Source of the DNA: Lama guanicoe | Lineage: Eukaryota | NCBI GenBank assembly: GCA_013239625.1 | Contig: MU053594.1 | Location: 817,036 to 837,035, forward strand | Length of the DNA stretch: 20,000 nucleotides | Reading direction: 5' to 3' | Shown: one piece after another, positions 9,381-20,000 of the stretch | Layout of the letters: each line of letters opens with the position of its first letter | How positions within the stretch are numbered: position 1 is the first letter of the stretch | Made by a program: the position numbers and the translations under genes | The notes under the pieces: model-generated | Seen by the model: the letters and a program-made list of their open reading frames with translations, nothing else | What the model was told of the DNA's origin: nothing | The model's database searches: none

Positions 9381-11697
9381 CAAGTTATGAGAGCCTTCTT
9401 TCCCTTCCCAGTAGACACAATCCTCTATTTTTACTGATTAGCACATGAACTTGACTTTAAAAAAACTGTTTGCTTCCTCTCCTACAATCCCGTGACTCTA
9501 ATAATCTTGATACCTCATTATATACAATGCAGCCTCAGACGGAGGAGAACCTGAGGACCAGCGGCCGAAATCAAAGTGAAACTTACTATCTGGAGTCCAA
9601 CTGGCTCACGAACAGGTCATCTGTGTTTCCTTAATTTTTAGTCACCCACAGCGTAAGGTGGCTATCATGCCTCTTCGAAGTCAGTATATAATTCATAGAA
9701 ATGGTAACTTTTCTACATAGGGTTTCATTTAGGCAAATAGGCTGATGTGGTGTCACATCCTTGGCCAATTTGGAGGACTCGTTCTAACACTGATTTACTC
9801 CTGTTTAAGTAATGTCACTTGAAGGCAGTCCATAGTAAGAAAGAAAGCACATTACAATTTATGTGCCTGGGCTTAAACAATTATCTCAGATTGAGGCCAA
9901 TGATCTACACTGATAACTGAATCATACAAAGACTACTTGGCTTGAGACAGTCTCTGCTGGATAACTTTGGTTTTAATATTTAGGAAGTATGAGTATGTAT
10001 TAATGTCTGGTTTTTTTTTGTTCTCAGTCTATAAAAATGAATTCACAGCTACAGGCCAGAAGCGCCCACCTATTAAAGGATCTGAAGTAGGCACAAATCT
10101 TAATAACCCTTCTGGTCTAGCTTGGCAGTTGAGCTCTTCCTAGAAAAGATAGAGAATTTAAAACCATCATTCATCTAGGGTAGATGTTATGTCCGTCCTT
10201 CACTGTAGGTCAGAGATATACACTGGGTCATTCTGGACAAATCTACTCTCAAGCCTGATGTAGAAAAATCTACCAAGTGGCAGCCCTGTGGCTGAAGCCC
10301 TGAAATGTACATTCAATCCACATAACACACATGATGGGAGCTGAAATCTGAGCTGAAGGTTTAATTCCAATGTTGATAAAGAAAGTATCCAAGTAAACAC
10401 CACGTTACTTAATTCAGTTGGTTTTCACAATATCAAACAGCATATGCAAGTTTCAAAAATACTTAGCAGTTCCTCAGCTGAGTTTTCGTTCAGTTGAATT
10501 CAACTCTGGAGGTAAAACTTGCAAAAAAATACTTTGTTTTTGTTTTTGTTTTTTGGAACGGCAACTTCTGTTCCTCTTGACTTAGTTTTGTGTTCTATTA
10601 GTGGGAAAGAAATCAGTTCCTCAAATGCAAATCCCATATTTGGCCCCGGTATTTCACACTATCCTTTTAATGGCTTTATTTGTGTCTAGTCTACCCTCTC
10701 TAGGGACTTCCTTCAGGCAGGCAGAAGAGTTGAAGATCTATCATTTTTGACATTCTGGTCAATCAGCAATCCACAATAAATGTTCTTTAGGGTGAAGGCC
10801 ATCATTCCTGAATAGGCGACAAAGCTTTGGGCAACATTAAAATGAAGCCCATAACTACAGGATATATGAGATGAGATTGGAGAAACGCCACAAGAGGGTT
10901 TAAGCTGCTTCAAAACCAAGCTTCTTCCTCCTCCTGTCTTTTGGCCCACTCAGTAGCAAAGGGCTGCACGATGTGGGGTCACCTCAATTTTTATATATTG
11001 TCACTAGTAAAGACAGCTTTCTGGTGGCCTAAAAATCCACGTGCTTTCAAGCGAAATCTTCCCAGTCATTTACATTTGCCAGGGAAGTTGCTATAATGTT
11101 CTTCAACGCTCAGTGAATATATTGCAGAACCTGGTGTAATTATCATCGTGTAGAAACTGCTAATTATTTTTGCCTTTAGAACAAAATGATACCCAAACGT
11201 GACCGAGGATACAGGCAGACACGAAGGCAACCACGGTTTTGTGCGTATAGTGCATGGATAGCATGAGCGTACAAACCACAAGGAGAAGAATTACTAGGCT
11301 CATTCTGATCCCTATTAGTTCCGGGAGACTCTTCCCTGGGTGCTCCTGAGATGAAGATAGTGTCACCCGGTGCACCAGGATCCTAGCTTTCCTAGTTGCT
11401 CACAGCTCCATAACCCTGGGCTTTGAGAATCACCATCCCCTTCCTCCCTGCAATGTCTGTCTTGACCTTACTCACTAACATCACACCCCTGCAAACCCAT
11501 GCAAGGCACTGTGCCCCTTCCACTGCAAGGGGATGCTGAGCGAGCCACAGCCAGGGCAGGATGGAGGAGGGGGGCCATAGGACCTGACCATGGCCTCTGG
11601 TGACCACATGCCATCTTCCGGCTCCCCCAAAAGAACTGGGCATGGGGCAGGCTCAGTCTGCGTTCCACGGCCCTGAAACTCCTGGGCGACATTGTAC

Positions 11698-11840
11698 CTT
11701 TTCTTCGCTGCTGATATTTCGGGTGGAAGTTCTCCAGGTGATTGTGGGAATGGGGTCTCCCGAGGCTTCACAGGTAAGAGTGACCTGCTCCTCCAGTTCC
11801 ATGGCGGTCTGGTTTTCTACGTAAGTGATTTTGGGTTTTG
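11698..11840 (-). CDS. NCAM1: NCAM1 coding exon (classical exon 7), N-terminal half of Ig4
   Basis: tttcag|CA AAA CCC ... GAA GAA AAG|gtacaa, 143 nt, phase 1/0. Encodes (A)KPKITYVENQTAMELEEQVTLTCEASGDPIPTITWRTSTRNISSEEK. Confidence 0.97.
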
Positions 11841-11909
11841 CTGAAAAGACAGAACATCTCATAAGTTGATTTGATTTTTTTTTTAACCTGCCAGGTTTAA
11901 TTTATAACA

Positions 11910-12830
11910 TCCACCCATTCAACAAAGGTTCTCAGCTTATCAAGGAGAAGGCCCTGTTCTAAGGTCCTAGGCGAGATAATGAGCTGAACTCCCCCGGGAG
12001 ATTCCAATGGAGCAGGCATGTCACAACAGCACAGTGACAGTAATCAAAACAACATCCTGGAGGGTAAGAGTGCTGAGGGCAGCGGGTGTAGGAGGCAGGA
12101 GCGGAGGTAGAGCACCCCTCTGGCTGAGGCCCCACAAGGAGGCAGCTTTGGGGCTGGGTTGTAAGATTTTCAGTAGGCGGAACTTCAGGTGGACACAGAG
12201 TCATTCCAAGTGCAGAAAACTGCTTGAATAAAAGCAAAGAGTCAAGAGCACGTGAGGAGATGATGGGAGAGAGAGCAGTGTGGCATGGGCCATGTGTCTG
12301 GGCCTCAAAGCAGTGGGAGACCATGCTGGACCCAGGCAGGGAGCATCCTGGTTCCCGGGTTAAACCTCTTGCTTGAATTTTATCCTGTGGCTCCAGGGCG
12401 GGGCTCACTGACAGTGTTTGGTCAGCGGAATGACATGATCATTTGTATTAAAGGCAGGGGAATTGAGGCAAAATTCAAGACGGAGAAAACCTTAAGGTGG
12501 GAAAACCAATCCGGAAACCCCGGCAGCGCTCCAGATGTGACGTAATACAATCCTGAACGTCGTCTCAGGGGACCAGAGAGGAAAGGGTGGCTTCAAGAGA
12601 GATGCTGAAGGAAGGTTTTACAGGAAGTGGCAAGTGAACAGAGGGCAAGTAGAGACGGCAAGAATCCCAAGGAGGAGTGAGGAGCCCAAATGACTCTCAG
12701 ATTCTTAACGACTATGAGGCTGTGTTAGCATTAACTCAAGGACGGAAATGTGGCGAGTAACTCACTGGGGGCTGTGGAGTGGGGCTGGGGATCGGGAAGG
12801 ACATGAGATGAGTTCATTTTCCAAATGTTT
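11910..12830 (-). mobile_element. Degraded L2 LINE fragments
   Basis: Starts with cattcaacaaa...ggccctgttctaaggtcctagg (reverse complement of an L2 3' end), followed by purine-rich L2-like sequence to gagatgagttcatttt. Boundaries approximate. Confidence 0.55.
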
Positions 12831-13995
12831 TGGGTAATGCAAGAAAACACGAGCATTCAAAAGCTGAGTTTAAATGTTAGAGCATTAGAGAAAATTGAAT
12901 GTTCCCAATTTAAAACAATTATACTCTGAAATTGCTGAACCTCCCACAGAAGAGAAAAGATAACACTGCACAAATGTAACTTATTTTGCTAATAGAGAAA
13001 AAAGGCCAGGCTAGATAAACAAACGAACAATAAATAAATCAGAATTATGGATAATTTTTGAGAGAACTGCATTTCCTTTATATTTAAAATCATACAGTAC
13101 CTCCAAGGAGGCTAATAAAACTACTGCCTATTATATATCCTCCAAGTTGAGGCCCTGATTCTGCTTTAATAAACAGAAAACAATGACTGAGCTACGCATT
13201 TTCTGTAGCAAATACTTCCTTCTGTATAAAATGACCTATACGGTTCAAATATTCTCCTACAGTTAATCTGTACTAACAGCTTGCTTATAGCAAATCCTTC
13301 CTGACGGCTAGCATCCAGGCACATCTCAATCCGATGTGGCCAAATGATCACAAATTTGAACTGATGGAGCCCGCATGAGTGAGGTTTTCCCACAGGAAGA
13401 CTTTGTGTCTGTCTTGATCAACAGAACTTTCAAGAAGGCTACGACTCATACTGGATGGAGTAACTTGTTAAGTGCTGTTGACAGAGGTTTTAGGGAGGGG
13501 AAAGAAAAGCTGAGTTTCTCTACTGTTAAAATCCCAGATTGAAAAGTTGGGAAAAAAAAAAAACCAAAACAGCCAAACAACTGAATTCACTGAACTGACA
13601 GTTGTTCTGGGATCTGGAGGCAGCCACAGGAAGGCTGACTCTTTAGCCTCTTGGAACCTGCGTGGACACTGTGATGGAGACAGTGTTTGCTGACCCTCTC
13701 CGGCCCATAGCACTTTGTACTGGCACAAAAGGTTAACAGAAGACAGACAAGGGACAGCTAACGTCTGTTAATAATATTTGGTCTTGGTGACTCCTTTTCC
13801 CAGATGGTTATGGAGGCTGCTCTGTGCTAAGTCTTCAGAAAATAAAAACACTATTAACAATGGCTAAGTCTGAATGGTCTACAGAGGCTGTGGGAAGGAA
13901 GGTAAGCTTCTCACCGGCGGCTTAATCCCTTCTGCACCCCAGAAGCAATGCTGCTGTCAGAATTAATGGAAGGCTTAGAACATTACCTTAGAAAT

Positions 13996-14098
13996 AGGAT
14001 CACAATATAATTAATTGTCCAAACTGGGGCACTCTTGAGAGTGAAAGGCATGCAGTGGGTATCACTGAGCAAACAGGGACAGAGGTAGGGTCGCCTTA
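13996..14098. mobile_element. hAT-Blackjack (MER94-like) DNA transposon relic
   Basis: atataattaattgtccaaactggggcactcttgagagtgaaagg ... gcaaacagggac ... ggtcgcctta resembles the recalled consensus, with decayed terminal inverted repeats. Confidence 0.55.
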
Positions 14099-15412
14099 CT
14101 TATAAAAGATTCCCTCCCTCTGCATAACAGCATCTGGAAGCGTCTCTCCAGGTTTCATCCACCAGTGGTACTTGCTCCATCTTAATGAACCTCTGTTGCT
14201 GGCCTTCGACTTTGGATCCTTGTTCTGCTCTCCACCTGCCACAGTGGGACCCAGTGCCTCCGACTACTCCAGCGCATCTCTCCCATGGACCCTCCTGTGA
14301 GCACAGTGGTCCTTGTGAGTTTTCCCAGCATGCCGCTCTCCCCTCCGGCAAGTCCTCAGCTCTGCACCTGCCACTGAGGGCCAGCCTCGTCTACCCTCAC
14401 GCCAATCCAGGCTCCTGCAACCCTATTCCAAGGATGGGTCCAAGGCCTCTGCTTCCCTGCGCTAAGGTGTTGGGCATAATCAGATGTCCCATCCCTCAGG
14501 CACCTGTCTGTCCTTTGCTGTAACTCACAAGGGCTGCTCTGGCCCTAAGGGGGCGACCAAGTGAAGCTTCTGCCCACTTGGTGAACTCGCCCCAGCCCAC
14601 GGCAGCATGAGACCACAAGACCATTCTCACGAGCATGACAAGAATCTGTGGAGACAAAAATACTTCTTCAGAAGGGCCCAGGGGAGAGGAGCAATGGAAA
14701 TTCACTGCCAAGTTTAAAGGCAGATAGGATGCAACCACTTAGTAAAAAGAGCTTCTGGCTGATAACTAGGGCAGTGCCTCCTAGACCATGTCCCTTTCTT
14801 AGGGAAAAAATGGTATATGTCAGGACAATGACGGCAGTCCCGAACTTACACACGCCCCTTACACACTCATTCCCAGCGCTTCTTGAAGCCACAGCTCTGA
14901 GCACCTCTTTACTATCTAAGCTATGGTTCCTCTCCTCTTCTGTCTCATTGCTGCGACTCTGCAGCCACTGGGGAACCAGCCCCTTGTCTCCCCTAGTGCT
15001 GGGCCCCGATGGCAAGCCAGGGGAAGGAGAGGGAGAAAGGGTGGAAGAAAGATGAAGTCCCAACTGGCTAGTCCTGCCCCACGGGGCTCCCAGGCCCTAG
15101 TCCCAGTCTCCTAAACCCACAGGGGAGGCCAGGAGGAGGAAGAGAGAAAGGGGGTCAGAATGTGGGATGGAGAGGGAAACGAGGGTGGACCCGGGGTACC
15201 AGGCTACTCCCAGGAGCCCATGTGGACTCTCCTCGGGATGTTACAGAGGAGGGTTCTCATTCTGGCTGGGCCTGGATTAGACGCAGTTCCTAGGAGTCTG
15301 TGACCCTCTCACCTGTCTCTGCAGGAGTCTGCCCACATCTCCCTGTTTGCTCTACTGGGCTGCCTGACGTACATTCTCCCAGCTGCAGGCTTGGGAAAGA
15401 ATGATGGTAGTG

Positions 15413-15465
15413 GAGTGAGTGAGAGAGTGTGTGTGTGTATGTGGCTGTGTGTGTGTGTGTGTGTG
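15413..15465. repeat. Compound (GA)n/(GT)n microsatellite
   Basis: gagtgagtgagagagtgtgtgtgtgtatgtggctgtgtgtgtgtgtgtgtgtg, read directly. Confidence 0.9.
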
Positions 15466-15804
15466 ATGTAGCAGGGGATGTGTGACAAGGAAGGAGAGTG
15501 GAAAGACAAACCCTGCCTGGACACCCCCTTCCCTGGACCTTACCCACCTTCTTCACTCAAGCCCGCCCCGAACTCCTCCTTCCTGGGGCCGCCACCCCAC
15601 CAGAGGGCCTGGACCAGAAGCGAGATCTGTTCCCGAGCAGCCAGGTGAGAACTGAGTGTACTTCCCCAGAGAATCGACATAATCCACGGAGGGAAAGGCA
15701 GAGGACGCTAATTACCAGTCATTCCACGTGTAATTCAGATACAACATGTGTTTCACTGGGTTTCACGGAGGAGGAGCTACCACGGTGAGACCAGGGAATG
15801 GGTG

Positions 15805-15995
15805 AGAAAGCCTGGGTTTGAATCCTGGCTCCTCGGGTGGGGCACCTCCTGTCTCCGTGCTCAGTTTCCTCATTTGTGAAATGGGGATAAAAATCCAGTC
15901 TGCCTCATAGGACTGTGATGAGGTAATAAGAGCTCATTTATGAATAGTAATTCATATAGTATGATATGGGCTTACTTGGTGTTGCGCATTATTAT
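15805..15995 (+). mobile_element. MIR SINE
   Basis: cctgggtttgaatcctggctc (B box), the MIR core ctcagtttcctcatttgtgaaatggggataa...cctcataggactgtgatgagg, and an attattatta tail. Confidence 0.85.
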
Positions 15996-16109
15996 TATTA
16001 TTTCAGGGGGCTGATATCTAAAAGAATTTCCTGAAGACAAGTGATGATTACACGTTTCGAGGTCCACCTCCCTGCCACCTACATTGTGCTTCATTCATAC
16101 AAAACCAAT

Positions 16110-16230
16110 GACCATCCCCTCCTTTATTCAAACACTGGTGCCTACTACATGCCAGGCAGCGCTGTTATAGCTGGGGGTACATCTGTCAGTAGAGCAGACG
16201 CAGGTCCCCGTCCACAAGGGGTTCACGTTC
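16110..16230 (-). mobile_element. L2 3'-end fragment
   Basis: ttattcaaacactggtgcctactacatgccaggcagcgctgttatagctgggggtaca resembles the reverse complement of an L2 3' terminus. Confidence 0.6.
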
Positions 16231-16484
16231 AGCACAGCACGTGCGCTCCCGGCCTGTGTGCCTGTGCTGGGTGGCCTGAAAGGCGCATCCACTTCTTCTG
16301 CATCTGGGAAACTCCAACGCGGGAAACAGCGTAACATTTGCAGAGACTTTTCTAGCAGGACCAGAGATCTTTCTTCCCCTACAGGACACCATGCACATTG
16401 CTGTGATGAAGTCACTGTAATGGGCTGTCATTAAAAATTTCAGCATGGATAATCTACATTAGCCTGTGAACGCACTGATGAGAA

Positions 16485-16712
16485 CAGCGTGCGTTTGTCT
16501 TTGTAACCTTGGCAACGGCTGGGTCCACAGCAGGTGCTCAAATGTTGTTGATGGATACTATCTATTATAGTTTATATGCTTATGTGTTTATCTCCCTCTT
16601 TGTGCTTCTCAGGGTCAAAAGACATTAACTTAGACATTATACAGAGATCTCTGTAGTCCCTCTGTCCAGCAGCAATGATGCTCGATAAACATTTGTGAAA
16701 TGAAGGAATACA
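16485..16712 (+). mobile_element. Two short L2 3'-end fragments
   Basis: cacagcaggtgctcaaatgttgttgatgga and tgctcgataaacatttgtgaaatgaa resemble the L2 tail (ggtgctcaataaatatttgttgaatgaa). Confidence 0.5.
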
Positions 16713-16969
16713 TTAACAAATGCAAGTGTCTCTCACATGGAAAAACTCAAAATCAGAGTGACTGGGGAAGACCAGTAGGAATCAGAGAAATGACTGTCAA
16801 GAATGTTTTCCAAGAAGTTTAGCTTCCCTTCTCAAGTACGTGCAGTTAATTTGGACCGCACTGATCATCTGTTCCTACGCCCAACTATCATGAGCAAAGA
16901 GGATTCATCTGGGATTAGCAGGTCCAACTGCACATAAATGCTTGATGTTCAAAGGTCTGTGTTTAGGAA

Positions 16970-17133
16970 CAGCGGTGAGTTCTCCTGGGGAGGAAACAAG
17001 CAGGTCCTAGGCGGGCTCCCCAGGCACACGCTGGGACAACCGGGAGCCGGGCACACTCTGGCAGCACCTTCTATGGGGGACCCGCTTCTCTGTGTTTTTT
17101 AAAAAGATGGGCAGACACAGTCGAGAACCACTA
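16970..17133. mobile_element. Possible MER5-like hAT-Charlie relic
   Basis: Begins cagcggt..ttctc, ends gagaaccact, and has an internal tctgtgtttttt segment. The match is weak. Confidence 0.3.
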
Positions 17134-17309
17134 GGTCAAACATCACTCCACCACAAATTCATTTTTTCAAAGTCAGGTCAAAATGCATTTCAGTTCTAAA
17201 CAGATGGAAGTTAACTGAGTTTATAGAGACAAAGTGAGTAGAGATGTGGAGGTTCTTTTTTTCATGACTTTTGTGACAGTGCGCCACACGGGCCAGGGAC
17301 AGGCAGAGG

Positions 17310-18055
17310 CAGTCACTCGGTCACTAATATTGAGCAAGGGCCTCTTACGACTCTGGCGCTGTCTGGAGCACCAAAGATGAAGCGATGTATCAGGCAGCCA
17401 GCGCTCCGCCATCTTGGAGATTACACTTAGTGGAGACAAGTGATCCCCAAAACCAATATGTAAATGAGAGCAGCTCAGGTCCTGAGAAGGGCACTGAAGG
17501 AGAGAGCAGTGGAGGTGAGTGGGGGTGGCAGCGGTGATGAGGGAGCTGCACTGGCCAGAGCAGTGAGGCAAAGAGTCACTGAGAAGGCGACTGAATGATG
17601 AGTTGACATGTGGATGATGGATGGGAGGAAGGCAGCTCGGAGGCGATCTGGGGGATGATATTCCAGGCAGAGGAAGCATCCAGTGCAACGTCCCTGAGAC
17701 AGGGAACAAGCTTGGTGTGTCTGAGGGACCAGAAGAGGGCTTCCGGGGTGGGACGGCTTTGTTGTGGAGCACAGCGGAGAAATGATGAGGCCGGAAAGGA
17801 AGTTGGGGGCTCGCCTGGGTTTGGTCTCCGGCCATGGATCTTATTCTAGTTGCTTTGGGAAGGCATTGGAGGATTTGAAACAGAAGAGCGGTGCTTAAGG
17901 TTATTCTGGCTACTGTGAGTGGGAGCTACTGAACGGGATGGATGAGAGGGATGGAGGCCAGCTAGGAGGCTGGCTCGATGACCAGGTGAGGACCAGGATG
18001 GCCTGGACTGGGGGCTTAGGTGGTGGAGCTGGCAAGAAGTGGGGTAGATCCCCTG
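17310..18055 (-). mobile_element. L2 LINE fragment (about 0.75 kb)
   Basis: Characteristic antisense L2 segments: ttccaggcagaggaagcatccagtgcaa..ccctgag, cttggtgtgtctgaggga, aggcattggaggatttgaaacag, ggaggccagctaggaggct, gaagtggggtagatc. Confidence 0.75.
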
Positions 18056-18139
18056 GCAGAGCGGACAAGGCCTTGCTGACGGATGGTGGCGGGTTAGAGG
18101 AAAAGTGGCAGAGCCGTGACCTTGACCCCACGTCCTTAC

Positions 18140-18306
18140 CGAAGACCTTGAGGTGGACAGAGGCATCCTGCTCGCCGGCCTTGTTCTCAGCGATGCAGAC
18201 GTACTCGGCCTCGTCGTTCTTGTCCACCCTCCTGATGGTCAGCTCAGAGCTGTCGTCGCTGAAGAGGTACTTTTCGTCTTCCTCATTCTCTATCTGCTCC
18301 CCATCC
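18140..18306 (-). CDS. NCAM1: NCAM1 coding exon (classical exon 6), C-terminal half of Ig3
   Basis: ctgtag|G GAT GGG ... GTC TTC G|gtaagg, 167 nt, phase 2/1. Encodes DGEQIENEEDEKYLFSDDSSELTIRRVDKNDEAEYVCIAENKAGEQDASVHLKVF (within ORF 17910..18347). Confidence 0.97.
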
Positions 18307-18372
18307 CTACAGGGTGCAGAAATGCAGAGTGCTGTGATTTTGACCACGGAGCTGAGAGGTGTATTTTTACTG

Positions 18373-18465
18373 TTTAATTTTTATTTTTTTAATGGAGATA
18401 CTGGGGATTGAACCCAGGACCTGGTGCATGCTAAGCATGCGCTCTACCACTGAGCTATTTCCCAC
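18373..18465 (-). mobile_element. tRNA-derived SINE, same family as 4519-4663
   Basis: Minus strand reads TAGCTCAGTGGTAGAGCGCATGCTTAGCATGCACCAGGTCCTGGGTTCAATCCCCAGTATCTCCA followed by an A-rich tail, with intact A and B boxes. It aligns with the 4580-4655 segment. Ends approximate. Confidence 0.85.
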
Positions 18466-18805
18466 CTGCTACATTTATTTTGAATTAGTTTCCGCAAAAG
18501 GCAGACTAAGCTCATGGCAAAGACTGAATACTCACAGCTTCTGCCTACCTGTGATTCCTCAGCCCAGACCTTGGAGGCTGCCCGAGGGCTGCAAACTGCG
18601 CCCACGACAATTCCAAAGAGGGCTTTGGAGTTTTGTCCCCCAAACTGAAAATGAAGGAATTCAATGCACACACAAGGCAAGAGGACTTTACAGAAAAGAG
18701 TCCATTCTGTACCAGCCGCCGACCCCTATTCACTAAAATGCCAACACAGAGCAGGCCCCGCAAGGTCTCCTTTTCCGCTAGTCTGTGTACGGGCTGGTTT
18801 CTTAC

Positions 18806-18923
18806 TTTGTCCAGCTCATGGTGGGCTCTGGGAAGCCTTCAGCATCGCACACCAGGGTGACGGACTGGCCGAGGTTGGCGGTGGCATTCACTATGCTCTG
18901 TCTGGCCTGGACGGTGGGTGGCA
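18806..18923 (-). CDS. NCAM1: NCAM1 coding exon (classical exon 5), N-terminal half of Ig3
   Basis: Minus strand reads ttcag|TG CCA CCC ACC ... TGG ACA AA|gtaaga. It is 118 nt, phase 1/2, and encodes (V)PPTVQARQSIVNATANLGQSVTLVCDAEGFPEPTMSWT(K). This frame is not listed in the ORF track. Confidence 0.97.
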
Positions 18924-19720
18924 CTGAAGGAGAGAAGAAATGTCAGGGGGTCAAGAGTCCCGGGCAGCTGGAAAGTTAGTGTAAGTGATCTAAAATCAGG
19001 TGTGCACTGAATAATTACTGTCACCATAATAAATACCAGAATAACTCACCTACCAACATGCAGTAGTGTTTTTTAACAATACGTAATATTGCTGTCTGTA
19101 TGACAATATATAATAATACTGCTTCTCAATAATATAGATTTAGAAGCCATATGAATGTGCTTTGTTCATTTTTAACTGGCATTCAATTTATAGTAGCTAT
19201 TTATATATTTTCTCAATCAATGCATACCAATCCACCAATGCAAACCACGACTGGTGGAACTTGACATTTCAGAGGGACTCTCGATACCAGAACAAGCTGA
19301 AAACTCCTGTTCCCAGTGGTTCAATGGTTAATCCCAATTTGAAATGCACCAGCTCATCAAAGAGTGACATTTCCTTCAGACTGTCATAAACAATCCTGTG
19401 CACAAACTGTTTTTACCAAAGGAATGAGAGGGGGAGAGTTTGGCAAAAGATACATTTCAATATCCAAAACAATTCAACCATGATTTACTTATTTTCTTAG
19501 AACTGACATTATAATTTCCTGTAAACATCTTGTAAATGTCAGATCGATTCCACGGGTGTGTTTATTTGACACTGCAAATTGAGATTAATAAGCCCGTGGA
19601 CTCTGACTCTGACTATTCTGAGGCCTGAATTGATGATAATGTTTTCTTTGGACACTGAACCAGGGGACCAGCTTCATAATTATGGTAACATCAAGAAGGG
19701 TGCTGCGTGAATAAGAATTT

Positions 19721-19994
19721 ATTAGTAAGCATGGGGAAAGTTTCTTGTGGGGCAACATAATGAAGGACATTCAAGCACTGCCCTGGAGTTCCTCATAGTT
19801 GAGGGGGACCTAAAAGACAAGAGTGTTTAAAAACAAACAAACGAAAAACAAAACAGAGGTGGGGGGGAGGGGAATTAGTAAGCGAAAGTTTCTTGTGGGG
19901 CAACATAATGAAGGACATTCAAGCACTGCCCTGGAGTTCCTCATAGTTGAGGGGGACCTAAAAGACAAGAGTGTTTAAAAACAAACAAACGAAA
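19721..19994. repeat. Tandem duplication, period 148 bp
   Basis: 19736-19846 is identical to 19884-19994 (111 bp). The preceding attagtaagc is also duplicated (19721-19730 and 19874-19883). Confidence 0.95.
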
Positions 19995-20000
19995 CGAAAA

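Noticed and set aside
15290..15556. His/Thr-repeat ORFs
   Set aside because: These are translations of the (CA)n/(GT)n microsatellite.
17221..17835. 204-aa minus-strand ORF
   Set aside because: It lies in a degraded L2 element, has low-complexity Ser/Pro/Leu composition and shows no domain.
17938..18411. 157-aa plus-strand ORF
   Set aside because: It is antisense to exon 6 and runs from L2 into a SINE tail.
18390..18465. tRNA gene
   Set aside because: It has A and B boxes, but also an A-rich tail, a poorly paired acceptor stem and a second dispersed copy, so it is a SINE rather than a tRNA.
19721..19994. CRISPR-like or LTR pair
   Set aside because: Eukaryotic intron with only two long adjacent copies, no spacers, no TG..CA ends and no internal element.
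1..20000. A novel multi-gene system or nested gene
   Set aside because: All coding signal is explained by NCAM1 exons and transposon fossils. No independent promoter, CpG island, RNA gene or exon chain could be supported by eye.

Overview
Mammalian genomic DNA covering the middle of the NCAM1 (CD56) gene on the minus strand. Six constitutive coding exons encode Ig domains 3-5 (classical exons 5-10). The 30-nt alternatively spliced VASE microexon (5532-5561) sits inside the ~10.4-kb intron that splits Ig4. All seven exons have GT-AG boundaries and join in frame. The introns hold two tRNA-derived SINEs resembling the camelid type, plus old L2, MIR, CR1/L3 and probable DNA-transposon relics, a GT microsatellite and a young 148-bp-period tandem duplication at the window end. 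The most notable non-obvious item is 1607-1686, which looks like a disrupted orthologue of a 78-nt alternative exon of a long human NCAM1 isoform. I see no evidence of a new biological system. Most ORF-track entries are spurious. Comparisons to reference proteins and repeat consensuses are from memory, not from searches.
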